DNA of 44,122 bases from positions 1-44,122 of the forward strand of contig CAZFRV010000174.1 of assembly GCA_964521445.1 (NCBI GenBank). The letters run 5' to 3'. Of this stretch, positions 19,418-27,587 are shown in pieces. How positions within the stretch are numbered: position 1 is the first letter of the stretch; the number at the start of each line of letters is the position of its first letter. The DNA is from an uncultured Acidobacteriaceae bacterium (GTDB lineage Bacteria; Acidobacteriota; Terriglobia; Terriglobales; Acidobacteriaceae). The notes beneath the pieces are model-generated. The model made no database searches. It had not been told where the DNA came from and saw only the letters and a list, made by a program, of their open reading frames with translations. A program made the position numbers and the translations under genes.

Positions 19418-22400
19418 TGCGTCACATGGCAGGAGCAGAAATCCGATGGCTGGCCCGCGGTTCAGATTTAACTGAAAACCGAAGGCCGAAGTCTTTTCTG
19501 GCCTGGTGTGTTGCAGCGCTGGTCATTCTCATTTCCGGCGCAACGGCGACCGCCGACGTTCGTGACCAGGTATATTCAGCCGGCCTGGCTACGCGAAACA
19601 TCTACCTGGTGAATGCCAACGGGACGGTCACCTCCCAATTCACCAATTACTCCGGGACCGCGTCGGCAGCGATGGCGCAGCGGGCAAGTGACGGAGTCAT
19701 CTTCATCATTACCCAGGTGGCGAACGGCCAGGTCTATACCTGGAATCCGGCAACCCCGGCCACTGCGCCGGTTCTGTTAGGCACTACCGGCGCCGCTATT
19801 CCTTACATCCCCCGGCTGGCATTTTCTCCAGGCGGGGTACTTTACGCAGTGGACACCAACACCGCGGACCTTTACACGATCAACCAAAGCACCGGGGCGG
19901 CGACGGTGGTAGGCGCGCTCTCCGGTGTGCCAACCAACCTTGGCGGTGACATCGGGTTCGGTCCGGATGGGACGCTCTACATGGTCGCAGGCACAACCAT
20001 CTACACTGTGCCGCTCGCCGGTGGCGCTGTCACGAGCCTGGGCACGATCACGGGACTCTCCGGCGGCGCGACCGCGATCGTGGGCATGACCTTCGACGCC
20101 AACGGGCGCATGCTGGTGGAAGATGACCAGAATCCGGCTCAGCTCTACTCCGTGGCGCTCCCTTCACGCGTTGCGACTGCGTTTACCGGGACCATGACGA
20201 CTTCGCAGGGCGACTTGGCCAGCGCCCCGCGCGTCCAGATTACGGGAACAGTTTTTGAGGACGTGAACTATGGAGGCGGAGCCGGCCGCAGTCTTGCCGC
20301 TTCCAGTGGAGTCGGCAGACCCAATGCCAGAGTAGAGCTTTATGACGCTGCCGGTAATTTCATCACTTCCGCCACCACCAATTCGTCCGGAGTCTATACG
20401 CTCACGGGAGCCGCCGGACAGACGTACACGATTCGCGTGGTGGATTCGTCGGTGGCATCATCGCGTCCGGGGTCCACATCCAGCCTGATCGGAGTGCAAA
20501 CATTCCGGACCAGCGGTCTGACCGGAACCGTGGGGACAGCGGATACCAACCGCGTGGGCGGCGAAGATCCCACCAAGATCGACGCCGGCAACGGCAGCAC
20601 CACGCTGGCCGCGCTCACTAGCGGCAACAACACGGCAGAATCGATCACCAGCGTTGCTCTGGGGACCGGCAGCGTCACCGGAATTGATTTTGGTTTCAAC
20701 TTCGATACCATCGTCAGTACTCGTGATTCCGGCCAGGGAACGCTGCGCCAGTTCCTCATCAACAGCAACACCCTGACCAATGCCGGATTGGCCCAGGCGG
20801 GCGGAACGGCCGGAGTGGAAAGCAGCATCTTTATGATTTCCAACGGCAGCGCGGTTCCGGGTCTGCGCGCCGGCCTCACCAACCAATTGACTTCAGGCGT
20901 GGCGCAGATCGTTGTCACTTCGCAGCTTCCGTCGATCACCGATACCAACACCTTGCTTGACGGAACCGAACAGACCAGCAACGTCGGCGACACCAACTCC
21001 GGAGCCCTGGGCACGGGCGGTACCGTCGGCGTGGATGCGCTGGGCCTCTCCACGGTGAACAGGCCCGAGGTGCAATTGAGCGCGGCCCAAGGCACGATCG
21101 GGTTGGGAATCCAGATTCAAGCCAACAACACAGCCGTGAAGGGCTTTGCCATTTACGGGTTCGGGACCGCAGCTAACACCAACGGAAGCGCCAACATCGA
21201 GATTGAGAGCGGCATTACGGGCGCGTCCATTCAGCAGAACGTGCTGGGCACAACTGCAACCAGCCTTGCCGATCCCGGCAGCGCGGCCCGCTCCCTCGGC
21301 GACAACATACGCTCGGCCGGCGGCAAATCCGGGACCGTGCAGAACAACCTGATCGGCTTCTCCCAGGGTAAAGGCATTGCGCTCGAGAGCAGCTCCACCG
21401 GATGGTCCATCCAGAACAACGAAGTCCGCAACAACGGCATCAACAATCCGGGGTTGGGCGGCATGAACATCGGAACCGGCTCTACGGCCACTGTTTCCGG
21501 GAACCTCTTCGTCGCCTCCTTGGGTCCGGGCATCGATACCTCGCAAAGTTCCGGTTCCAACACCTTCACGGATAACACCGTCACCGGAAACGGCACCGGC
21601 AGCGGCGGTACTCTGGTCGATCCTGGCATTCGCATCTACGGCAGCAGCAACAGCGTGACCAAAAACATCATTTCGTCCAACGTGGGCGCGGGTGTCCTGG
21701 TCACTTCGGGAGCTTCCAGTACCATCATCAGCCAGAACTCGATTTTCCTGAACGGGACCGTCGGCACGCCCACGCACGAGATCGGCATCGATCTTGAATC
21801 GGCGACCGACAACGCCAGCCTGGGCACCTCGCCGTTTGTTACGCTTAACGATTCTGGCGACGTGGACACTGGCGGCAACGGCCTGCTCAACTATCCTATT
21901 CTGCAAAGCGCGACCATCAGCTCGGGAACGCTCACGCTGTCTGGCTTCGCGCGCCCTGGCTCCGTGATCGAGTTGTTCGTCGCCTCGCCTGATCCTTCCG
22001 GGTTCGGCCAGGGACAGACTTATCTGACTACAGTAACCGAGGGATCAGGCTCCGACCTGGATGCCACAACCGGAACCTACGGACCGGGCGCAATCAACGG
22101 CATCAGCCAGGGTACGGACACCACCAACAAGTTCAAGTTTGCGATTTCCGTAGGCAATGGAATCAGCCCCGGCGCTGTGCTGACGGCTACCGCGACCCTG
22201 GCCGGAGCAACATCGGAATTCAGCGGCAACGTGACCGTGAGTGTTGCCACGACGGTCAACGGAGCGGTTTACCTTGACGCCAATCACAACGGCTCGCTCG
22301 ACAGCGGCGAAAGCTGGGCCAGCGGCTCGAGCGTTTTCGTCAATCTGGTTTCCGGAGGGTCGGTGGTGCAATCCATCAGCGTACCGGCAGGCGCTGGGAC

Positions 22401-23631
22401 TTTCTCCTTCACCAACGTGGCCGCCGGAACCTACACCATGGTGGTGGCGAACTCGGCTTCCGCGACCACGGCTGTTGCTCCGAGCGGTTTTGCCTTTGTC
22501 GCACCAACCACGGGGACGCAACAGATCACCATTGCCAACGGCGTCATGAACAACCAGAATTTCGGACTCTTCAAGGGCAGCCTGGTGAGTGGCAAGGTTT
22601 TCAAGGACACCGGAACCGGCGGTGGCACGGCGAACAACGGAGTGCTCGATGGCGGCGAGGCCGGGTTGGGCGGAATCGCCGTGAAGGCTACGGACGGAGG
22701 AAGCACAACATTTGATTCCACGCTGACCGCCAGCGACGGCTCTTACTCGCTGTATATCGTCTCCGGAGCCACTTCCGTGGCTGTTATCGAAACCAACGCT
22801 GCCGGCTACGTCTCGACCGGCGCTTCGGTGGGAACCACCGGCGGCAGCTACAATCGAGCCACCGACACGGTCAGCTTCTCCAAAGCCGGAGAGGCTATCT
22901 TCACCGGCGTGAACTTCGGCGACGTTCCACAGAACACTTTTCAGAACAACGAAGCCCAGCAAGGCTTGCCTGGAACCGTGCTGTTCTACGCTCACACCTT
23001 CGCTCCAGGAACGGCTGGGCAACTTACGTTCTCTCTGGCTTCTACGACGGCTCCGAACAACGTTGCCTTCACCCGTATCCTTTATCAGGACAGCAACTGC
23101 AACGGCCTGCTGGATGCAAGTGAACCGGCGATTAATGGGCCGATTACAACGGTAGCCGGCACGAACCTGTGCATCATCATGAAGGTCACTATACCTAACG
23201 GCGCTCCGTTCAACGCCACGGACAGCACCACCGTCACCGCCAACTTTACGTACACGAACGCCAGTCCCGCGCTTTCTGCCAGCTACAGCGTAAACGACCT
23301 CACGACGGTGGGAACCGGCGCCAACGCCGGCCTGCGGTTGGACAAAGCGGTGGACAAGACAACGGCGCTCCCGGGCGCGAACCTGACCTACACCATTACC
23401 TTCACCAACGACAGCACGTCGCCCATTTCCAACCTCAAGGTGAATGACAGCACGCCCTCATATACGAGCTTCGTGAGCGCTTCCTGCGGCAGTCCGCTCC
23501 CCGCAAACCTTAGCGGCTGTTCGATTACAGCGCCCAGCGCAGGCCAGACGGGAAACATTCAGTGGACCTTTACGGGAACCCTTGCCCCCAGCCAAGCCGG
23601 CACTGTCTCATTTGTCGTGAAGATTCAATAG
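19417..23631 (+). CDS. Giant (~1404 aa) secreted protein: beta-propeller-like N-domain, SdrD-B/Cna-B domains, right-handed parallel beta-helix and a C-terminal truncated DUF11 domain
   Basis: ATG 19417 shares one nt with the upstream TGA (TGATG). Signal anchor FLAWCVAALVILISGATATA. Propeller-like repeats (LYAVDTNTADLYTINQSTGAATVVG; GPDGTLYMVAGTTIYTV). SdrD-B-like GTVFEDVNYGGGAGRS. Beta-helix repeats (NNLIGFSQGKGIALESS..., NNEVRNNG..., NIISSNVGAGVLV...). C-terminal DUF11 LPGANLTYTITFTNDS...GTVSFVVKIQ-stop. Confidence 0.85.
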   Translation: MRHMAGAEIRWLARGSDLTENRRPKSFLAWCVAALVILISGATATADVRDQVYSAGLATRNIYLVNANGTVTSQFTNYSGTASAAMAQRASDGVIFIITQVANGQVYTWNPATPATAPVLLGTTGAAIPYIPRLAFSPGGVLYAVDTNTADLYTINQSTGAATVVGALSGVPTNLGGDIGFGPDGTLYMVAGTTIYTVPLAGGAVTSLGTITGLSGGATAIVGMTFDANGRMLVEDDQNPAQLYSVALPSRVATAFTGTMTTSQGDLASAPRVQITGTVFEDVNYGGGAGRSLAASSGVGRPNARVELYDAAGNFITSATTNSSGVYTLTGAAGQTYTIRVVDSSVASSRPGSTSSLIGVQTFRTSGLTGTVGTADTNRVGGEDPTKIDAGNGSTTLAALTSGNNTAESITSVALGTGSVTGIDFGFNFDTIVSTRDSGQGTLRQFLINSNTLTNAGLAQAGGTAGVESSIFMISNGSAVPGLRAGLTNQLTSGVAQIVVTSQLPSITDTNTLLDGTEQTSNVGDTNSGALGTGGTVGVDALGLSTVNRPEVQLSAAQGTIGLGIQIQANNTAVKGFAIYGFGTAANTNGSANIEIESGITGASIQQNVLGTTATSLADPGSAARSLGDNIRSAGGKSGTVQNNLIGFSQGKGIALESSSTGWSIQNNEVRNNGINNPGLGGMNIGTGSTATVSGNLFVASLGPGIDTSQSSGSNTFTDNTVTGNGTGSGGTLVDPGIRIYGSSNSVTKNIISSNVGAGVLVTSGASSTIISQNSIFLNGTVGTPTHEIGIDLESATDNASLGTSPFVTLNDSGDVDTGGNGLLNYPILQSATISSGTLTLSGFARPGSVIELFVASPDPSGFGQGQTYLTTVTEGSGSDLDATTGTYGPGAINGISQGTDTTNKFKFAISVGNGISPGAVLTATATLAGATSEFSGNVTVSVATTVNGAVYLDANHNGSLDSGESWASGSSVFVNLVSGGSVVQSISVPAGAGTFSFTNVAAGTYTMVVANSASATTAVAPSGFAFVAPTTGTQQITIANGVMNNQNFGLFKGSLVSGKVFKDTGTGGGTANNGVLDGGEAGLGGIAVKATDGGSTTFDSTLTASDGSYSLYIVSGATSVAVIETNAAGYVSTGASVGTTGGSYNRATDTVSFSKAGEAIFTGVNFGDVPQNTFQNNEAQQGLPGTVLFYAHTFAPGTAGQLTFSLASTTAPNNVAFTRILYQDSNCNGLLDASEPAINGPITTVAGTNLCIIMKVTIPNGAPFNATDSTTVTANFTYTNASPALSASYSVNDLTTVGTGANAGLRLDKAVDKTTALPGANLTYTITFTNDSTSPISNLKVNDSTPSYTSFVSASCGSPLPANLSGCSITAPSAGQTGNIQWTFTGTLAPSQAGTVSFVVKIQ

Positions 23632-23956
23632 TTCAAAATCCGCGAAAGTCCTTGCCCGCCCGCATCGTTCTTAGCGCAGATTCTTGTTTTGCTGACACGG
23701 TCAATCCGCTAAATCCAAGAATCATGAAAACCGCCACCAACCTAAATTCTATATAGTTTTTGTTTGACAACTAACAGGATCGTTCTCTATGAAATCTGTC
23801 AGCTTAGTGCCCCGACAGGGAAACCCAGTTTCCCCAGATAAGTTGACCTATACCGCTGCGCGCTGATGGTAGGGGCGGCATAGGCAGGTCGCCCAGCTTT
23901 TTCCTTTCCTTCTGTCCCTCACGACATGCGAGGGCCACCCGCCCTCTTCGAATCGA

Positions 23957-24916
23957 CTACTGGGGCTTCTTCATGTCATTCGGAACAGGTCGCTCGCGGT
24001 TCGGCGCCTCGGTTTTAGCGATCATTTGCCGGGGTAGTGCCACCGGGCGGCCATCCATGCCAAGGTAGGCAACCGGTTTCATCCCGACCTTCGGGTCGGT
24101 TGGTGCGTAGATTACCCGTATCGCTGCAACCTGGTCTTCCACGAACGACGCCGCGGGCGAGTGGAGGATGCCCACCTGCACCGATTCAATGCGAGCTCCC
24201 TTGCGTTCCGGAGCTTTGAATTCGGCCGTCGCGATTTTCTGCAAGCGTGCAGCCTCTTCCAGCGCCTTGGGGTCGATCAGGGGCCACGAAAGTTCGAGAG
24301 CGGCAATGTTCCCATCGCCATCCAGGTCGAGCGCCAGGCGCGAGTTCAAGACCGGCACGCCGCCAACGACGCGCCTCACGATCAGGCTCCGGCGGTCCTT
24401 TCTTGGCGGGTTGACTTCCATTTGTCGCGTGTCCGGATTCATCCTGCCTTCGGTGACATATTGCTGGAGGATTTTGGTGTCGGCGATCTCATTCCTCTTG
24501 ACGCCGAGGCCGGTCAAGATAGCCATGCCGCGTTCGGTCAACTGCTCATCTGTGCCGCGAAATGCGCTCTTGCCAGCCAGTCCCGCCTTGCCGGTTTGTA
24601 CAAAATAGGCATTTCCAGCGGGGCGGTAGCTGACCGTCGTGGTGCCGTCGGTGACTGCCTGAAAGCCGTGGTCGGATACGGCAACCAGCTTGTTCCCCCA
24701 TTTGATGCCGAAGACCTTGGCGCCAATATTTTTAAGACGTGCGGCATCCTCGGCGGGCAGCTTTTCCGCCTTGGGCAAGTCTTCAACCCTCTTGGGCGAG
24801 ACGACCTCGCGTTGCTCCATGCCCGGCATTTTCTCTCCAGGCTGCTCATCTGCCGCAAAACCTGCGCCTGTTGCGGCAAGCAGCACAGAAGCCAAAACCA
24901 AATTCAGTGTGTTCAT
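23957..24916 (-). CDS. Secreted hypothetical protein (319 aa)
   Basis: Signal peptide MNTLNLVLASVLLAATGAGFA. I recognise no family. It lies 47 nt downstream of, and is co-oriented with, the 24964..25794 gene. The + ORFs across it are Arg/Ala/Gly-rich antisense shadows. Confidence 0.6.
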   Translation of the reverse strand: MNTLNLVLASVLLAATGAGFAADEQPGEKMPGMEQREVVSPKRVEDLPKAEKLPAEDAARLKNIGAKVFGIKWGNKLVAVSDHGFQAVTDGTTTVSYRPAGNAYFVQTGKAGLAGKSAFRGTDEQLTERGMAILTGLGVKRNEIADTKILQQYVTEGRMNPDTRQMEVNPPRKDRRSLIVRRVVGGVPVLNSRLALDLDGDGNIAALELSWPLIDPKALEEAARLQKIATAEFKAPERKGARIESVQVGILHSPAASFVEDQVAAIRVIYAPTDPKVGMKPVAYLGMDGRPVALPRQMIAKTEAPNRERPVPNDMKKPQ

Positions 24917-24963
24917 GAGGTACTCACTTTCGTCGAGCGTAAATTAAAGGACTTTGCCGATTG

Positions 24964-25794
24964 CTAATTGCAGACCCACCGCCATGCAAACCAATTGCCG
25001 CTGGGGTTGCCCCAGTGCGAGAAGACAAACTCATTGTCGCGGCGGTTGCTTGCGGCAGCAGCGGTGGCATCGTTGGCGACAACGACAGCGCAAACCTGGC
25101 TCTCCACGTCGATGAGGCCCGTGTCCATCCAAGCCCAGCCGACAGGTTCGGCCGGCACCGTCGAGATCACGATGCCAAGGAATGTCGTCTGGTAGCCGGT
25201 TGTGCGCATCGCAAACTGCTCACTGCGCGAAGCGCTGTCCAGCGTGTCGTGCGAGGCAGTGCCGGAATGGCCGGTCGCAATATGGAGTCCCGCGAACGGC
25301 GGGAACCAGTTGTGGCCTATGGAGATGAGATCCATGGGGCAGCTTGCGTCAATAAAGGCAAACTGCAATCTCCCGCCTGCATTTCCCCACCGCGAAGAAG
25401 CACCAATATCGGTGAACATCCCCGTTCCGTGGCTGCAGGTCACCAGAAAATCCGGATCGGTTGCGGTGGGCGGGTTTTGGCAATGACCATGGCCCGCGAA
25501 GAGGTAAATGTTCGGCAGGTCACTCCCGCCGCTGGGATCCATGTCCTTGCCGGGGCCGTCGGTGAAATCGGTGTTCCACACATCGTCGTTCTCCCACCGC
25601 GTAACCAGAGGGAATCCCGCCTGGGAATACCAATCCCGAAAGCGTTTCGCGTCCTCGAGACGGTGGTCCAGGTCCGGTGTAATGCCGCAGGTGCTGTATT
25701 GATTCACCGCACCTGTCGAAAAATTCTGGGCGCTGGCATCAGCCACCCCCAGACTCAAAGACAGTGCGGCGATTACTCCAATGAATCGTTTCAT
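24964..25794 (-). CDS. Secreted hypothetical protein (276 aa) with a caspase/clan-CD-like His...Cys motif pair
   Basis: GGAGG RBS and signal peptide MKRFIGVIAALSLSLGVADASA. IYLFAGHGH (His ~102) and FAFIDASCPMD (Cys ~152) lie 50 aa apart, like the GHG and DxC motifs of metacaspase/clan CD peptidases. This is a motif-level call only. Confidence 0.55.
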   Translation of the reverse strand: MKRFIGVIAALSLSLGVADASAQNFSTGAVNQYSTCGITPDLDHRLEDAKRFRDWYSQAGFPLVTRWENDDVWNTDFTDGPGKDMDPSGGSDLPNIYLFAGHGHCQNPPTATDPDFLVTCSHGTGMFTDIGASSRWGNAGGRLQFAFIDASCPMDLISIGHNWFPPFAGLHIATGHSGTASHDTLDSASRSEQFAMRTTGYQTTFLGIVISTVPAEPVGWAWMDTGLIDVESQVCAVVVANDATAAAASNRRDNEFVFSHWGNPSGNWFAWRWVCN

Positions 25795-26036
25795 GGAAAC
25801 CTCCGTGATCGTAGTGCTCCTGGATCGCTCAACGTTTCACGGAAATACCTTGTTACGGTTCGCATTGTTGAACTGGTTGGAATATCAGTCTGGATTGGGC
25901 GACCTGCTGGTCTCGGGACGGGGGGAGGTTTCAAAATTCTCTCTCCCCTGGGGGGCCTTTGAGTTTCGACTTAATTTCGTAAGGTGGGCGACCCAACTTC
26001 CTCCTTTCAAAGTAGAACACTCGTTATACAATATCG

Positions 26037-26065
26037 TTGACTTAGTTAGTACGTTATAGTATAGT
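26037..26065 (+). promoter_or_regulatory. Near-consensus sigma70-type promoter TTGACT-N17-TATAGT with no convincing downstream ORF
   Basis: TTGACT lies at 26037..26042, followed by a 17-nt spacer and TATAGT at 26060..26065. It sits in a locally AT-rich island of a GC-rich genome. Confidence 0.35.
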
Positions 26066-26218
26066 TAGTGTCTCCGCCCAGGCGGGGGCCAAGACGGTCA
26101 TTGATAAAAGAAGTCTTTAGCAATTAGTTCTTAGCCAAAAGCAGAACCAACAGCGTCCACGGCCGCAGCCGAGGGCGGCTGCGCTCCTGGCTCCGCTCTA
26201 GATGAGAGCTTTAATGGG

Positions 26219-26296
26219 TGGGATATCCCAGCTCAATACTTGGGACATCCCAGCCTAATATTTGCGATATCCCTGTGGAAAACTGGGAGATCCCAG
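26219..26296. repeat. Four phased copies of the palindromic 13-mer TGGGA-N-ATCCCAG (22/22/21-bp register)
   Basis: TGGGATATCCCAG at 26219, TGGGACATCCCAG at 26241, TGCGATATCCCTG at 26263, TGGGAGATCCCAG at 26284. The spacers are AT-rich and 8-9 nt long. Confidence 0.6.
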
Positions 26297-26603
26297 TGGG
26301 ATGTTTCGCCGTAAAGTCTTTGTTTGTTGGGATGGCCTTCAAACCAGGGCGAGGGGGAGGGAACAAACAGCGAAATGCGGTGATCGGCGAGAAGGGATCG
26401 CCGAAATCGCGCGTGATCGCCGTCATCCGAAGACTAAAACCTTACCGCGGATTTTCGCAGATCAACACGGATCGAGCCAAAGGCTGGAGACTAAAGGAAG
26501 CCCGCAACCACGACCCACTAGCCCAATCATACCTTGGTTTTGTCGCGTGGGCCGGCGTGTTCTTCGAGAAGCGGAGAAACCGGGGACGTTTCTGACCTCA
26601 AGA

Positions 26604-27569
26604 TTACTTGCTCACTGCAACTTCATAGGCGCTGGCCGCATTCAGCTGCTCGATCGATGCCTGATCCAGCTTGAGGTTGACCGCGTCGATCAGATCGCGC
26701 AGTTGGTCCAGGTTGGTGGCGCTGGCGATGGTCGCGGTGATACTGGGACGCGCCAGCAGCCAGGCGATGGCCACTTGTCCGGGCTCGGCGCCGACGTGCT
26801 TGGCCACCTGATCCAGCGCGTCGAGAATGTGGAAGCCGCGCTCATTGAGGTACTTGGCGACAAACTTCCCGCGCGCGCTTTTGGCCAGATCCTCCTGGCG
26901 CCGATATTTGCCGGTGAGAAAGCCACTGGCCAGAGGGAAGTAGGGAATCACCGCGAGTCCTTCTTTCAGGCACAGGGCTTCGAGGTTGGTTTCGTAATCG
27001 GCGCGTTCGTAGAGATTGTAATTCGGTTGCAGGCTCTCGTACGCGGGATATCCGTGCTTGCGGCTGGCCGCGAGCGATTGCTCGAGACGGTCGGCGGCGA
27101 AGTTGGAAGCGCCGATGGCGCGGACTTTCCCCTGGCGCACGAGTTGGTCATAGGCCTCGAGCGTTTCATCCACGGGCGTAGCGGGATCGTCGCGATGCGA
27201 CTGGTAGAGGTCGATGTAATCGGTTTGCAAGCGGGCGAGCGATTCCTCGACTTCGCTCAGAATATACGCCTTGGAGAGACCCTTCTTGCCCATGACCTCA
27301 GAACCGACTTTGGTGGCGATGATGACCTGGTCGCGGTTGCCGCGCGTCTTCAGCCAGTTGCCGATCACGGTTTCCGATTCGCCGCCTTTGTGGCCGGGCG
27401 CCCAGGTGGAGTAGCTGTCGGCAGTGTCGACGAAGTTGAATCCGGCGGCGACGAAGCTGTCGAGCAATTTGAACGACGTGGGCTCGTCGGCAGTCCATCC
27501 GAAGACGTTGCCGCCAAAGCACAGAGGCGAAACTTCCAGGGTGGAGTTGCCAAGCTTGAGCTTTTTCAT
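26604..27569 (-). CDS. Aldo/keto reductase family oxidoreductase
   Basis: 321 aa: MKKLKLGNSTLEVSPLCFGGNVFGW, FNFVDTADSYS, VIIATKVG, IDLYQSHRDD, VRAIGASNF. The 558-aa + ORF 26262..27938 is its antisense shadow. Confidence 0.9.
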   Translation of the reverse strand: MKKLKLGNSTLEVSPLCFGGNVFGWTADEPTSFKLLDSFVAAGFNFVDTADSYSTWAPGHKGGESETVIGNWLKTRGNRDQVIIATKVGSEVMGKKGLSKAYILSEVEESLARLQTDYIDLYQSHRDDPATPVDETLEAYDQLVRQGKVRAIGASNFAADRLEQSLAASRKHGYPAYESLQPNYNLYERADYETNLEALCLKEGLAVIPYFPLASGFLTGKYRRQEDLAKSARGKFVAKYLNERGFHILDALDQVAKHVGAEPGQVAIAWLLARPSITATIASATNLDQLRDLIDAVNLKLDQASIEQLNAASAYEVAVSK

Positions 27570-27587
27570 GAAACGCTCCTTCGAAGG

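Noticed and set aside
23872-23905. Possible intrinsic terminator for the fibre operon (GGGGCG...CGCCC followed by AGCTTTTTCCTTTCC)
   Set aside because: The stem is only 5-6 bp with a 12-nt loop, and it lies ~240 nt past the stop codon. That is too weak to call.
26219-26296. Possible mini-CRISPR interpretation of the 22-bp periodic repeats
   Set aside because: The repeat unit (13 nt) and spacers (8-9 nt) are far too short, the spacers are similar AT-rich strings, and no cas genes are present. I kept it as an operator/iteron-like array instead.
26441-26475. CTTACCGCGGATTTTCGCAGATCAACACGGATCGA, reminiscent of dispersed REP-like intergenic elements that translate to '...RIFADQHG...' junk ORFs
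   Set aside because: There is only one copy in this window, so repeat status cannot be established here. It needs a genome-wide search.
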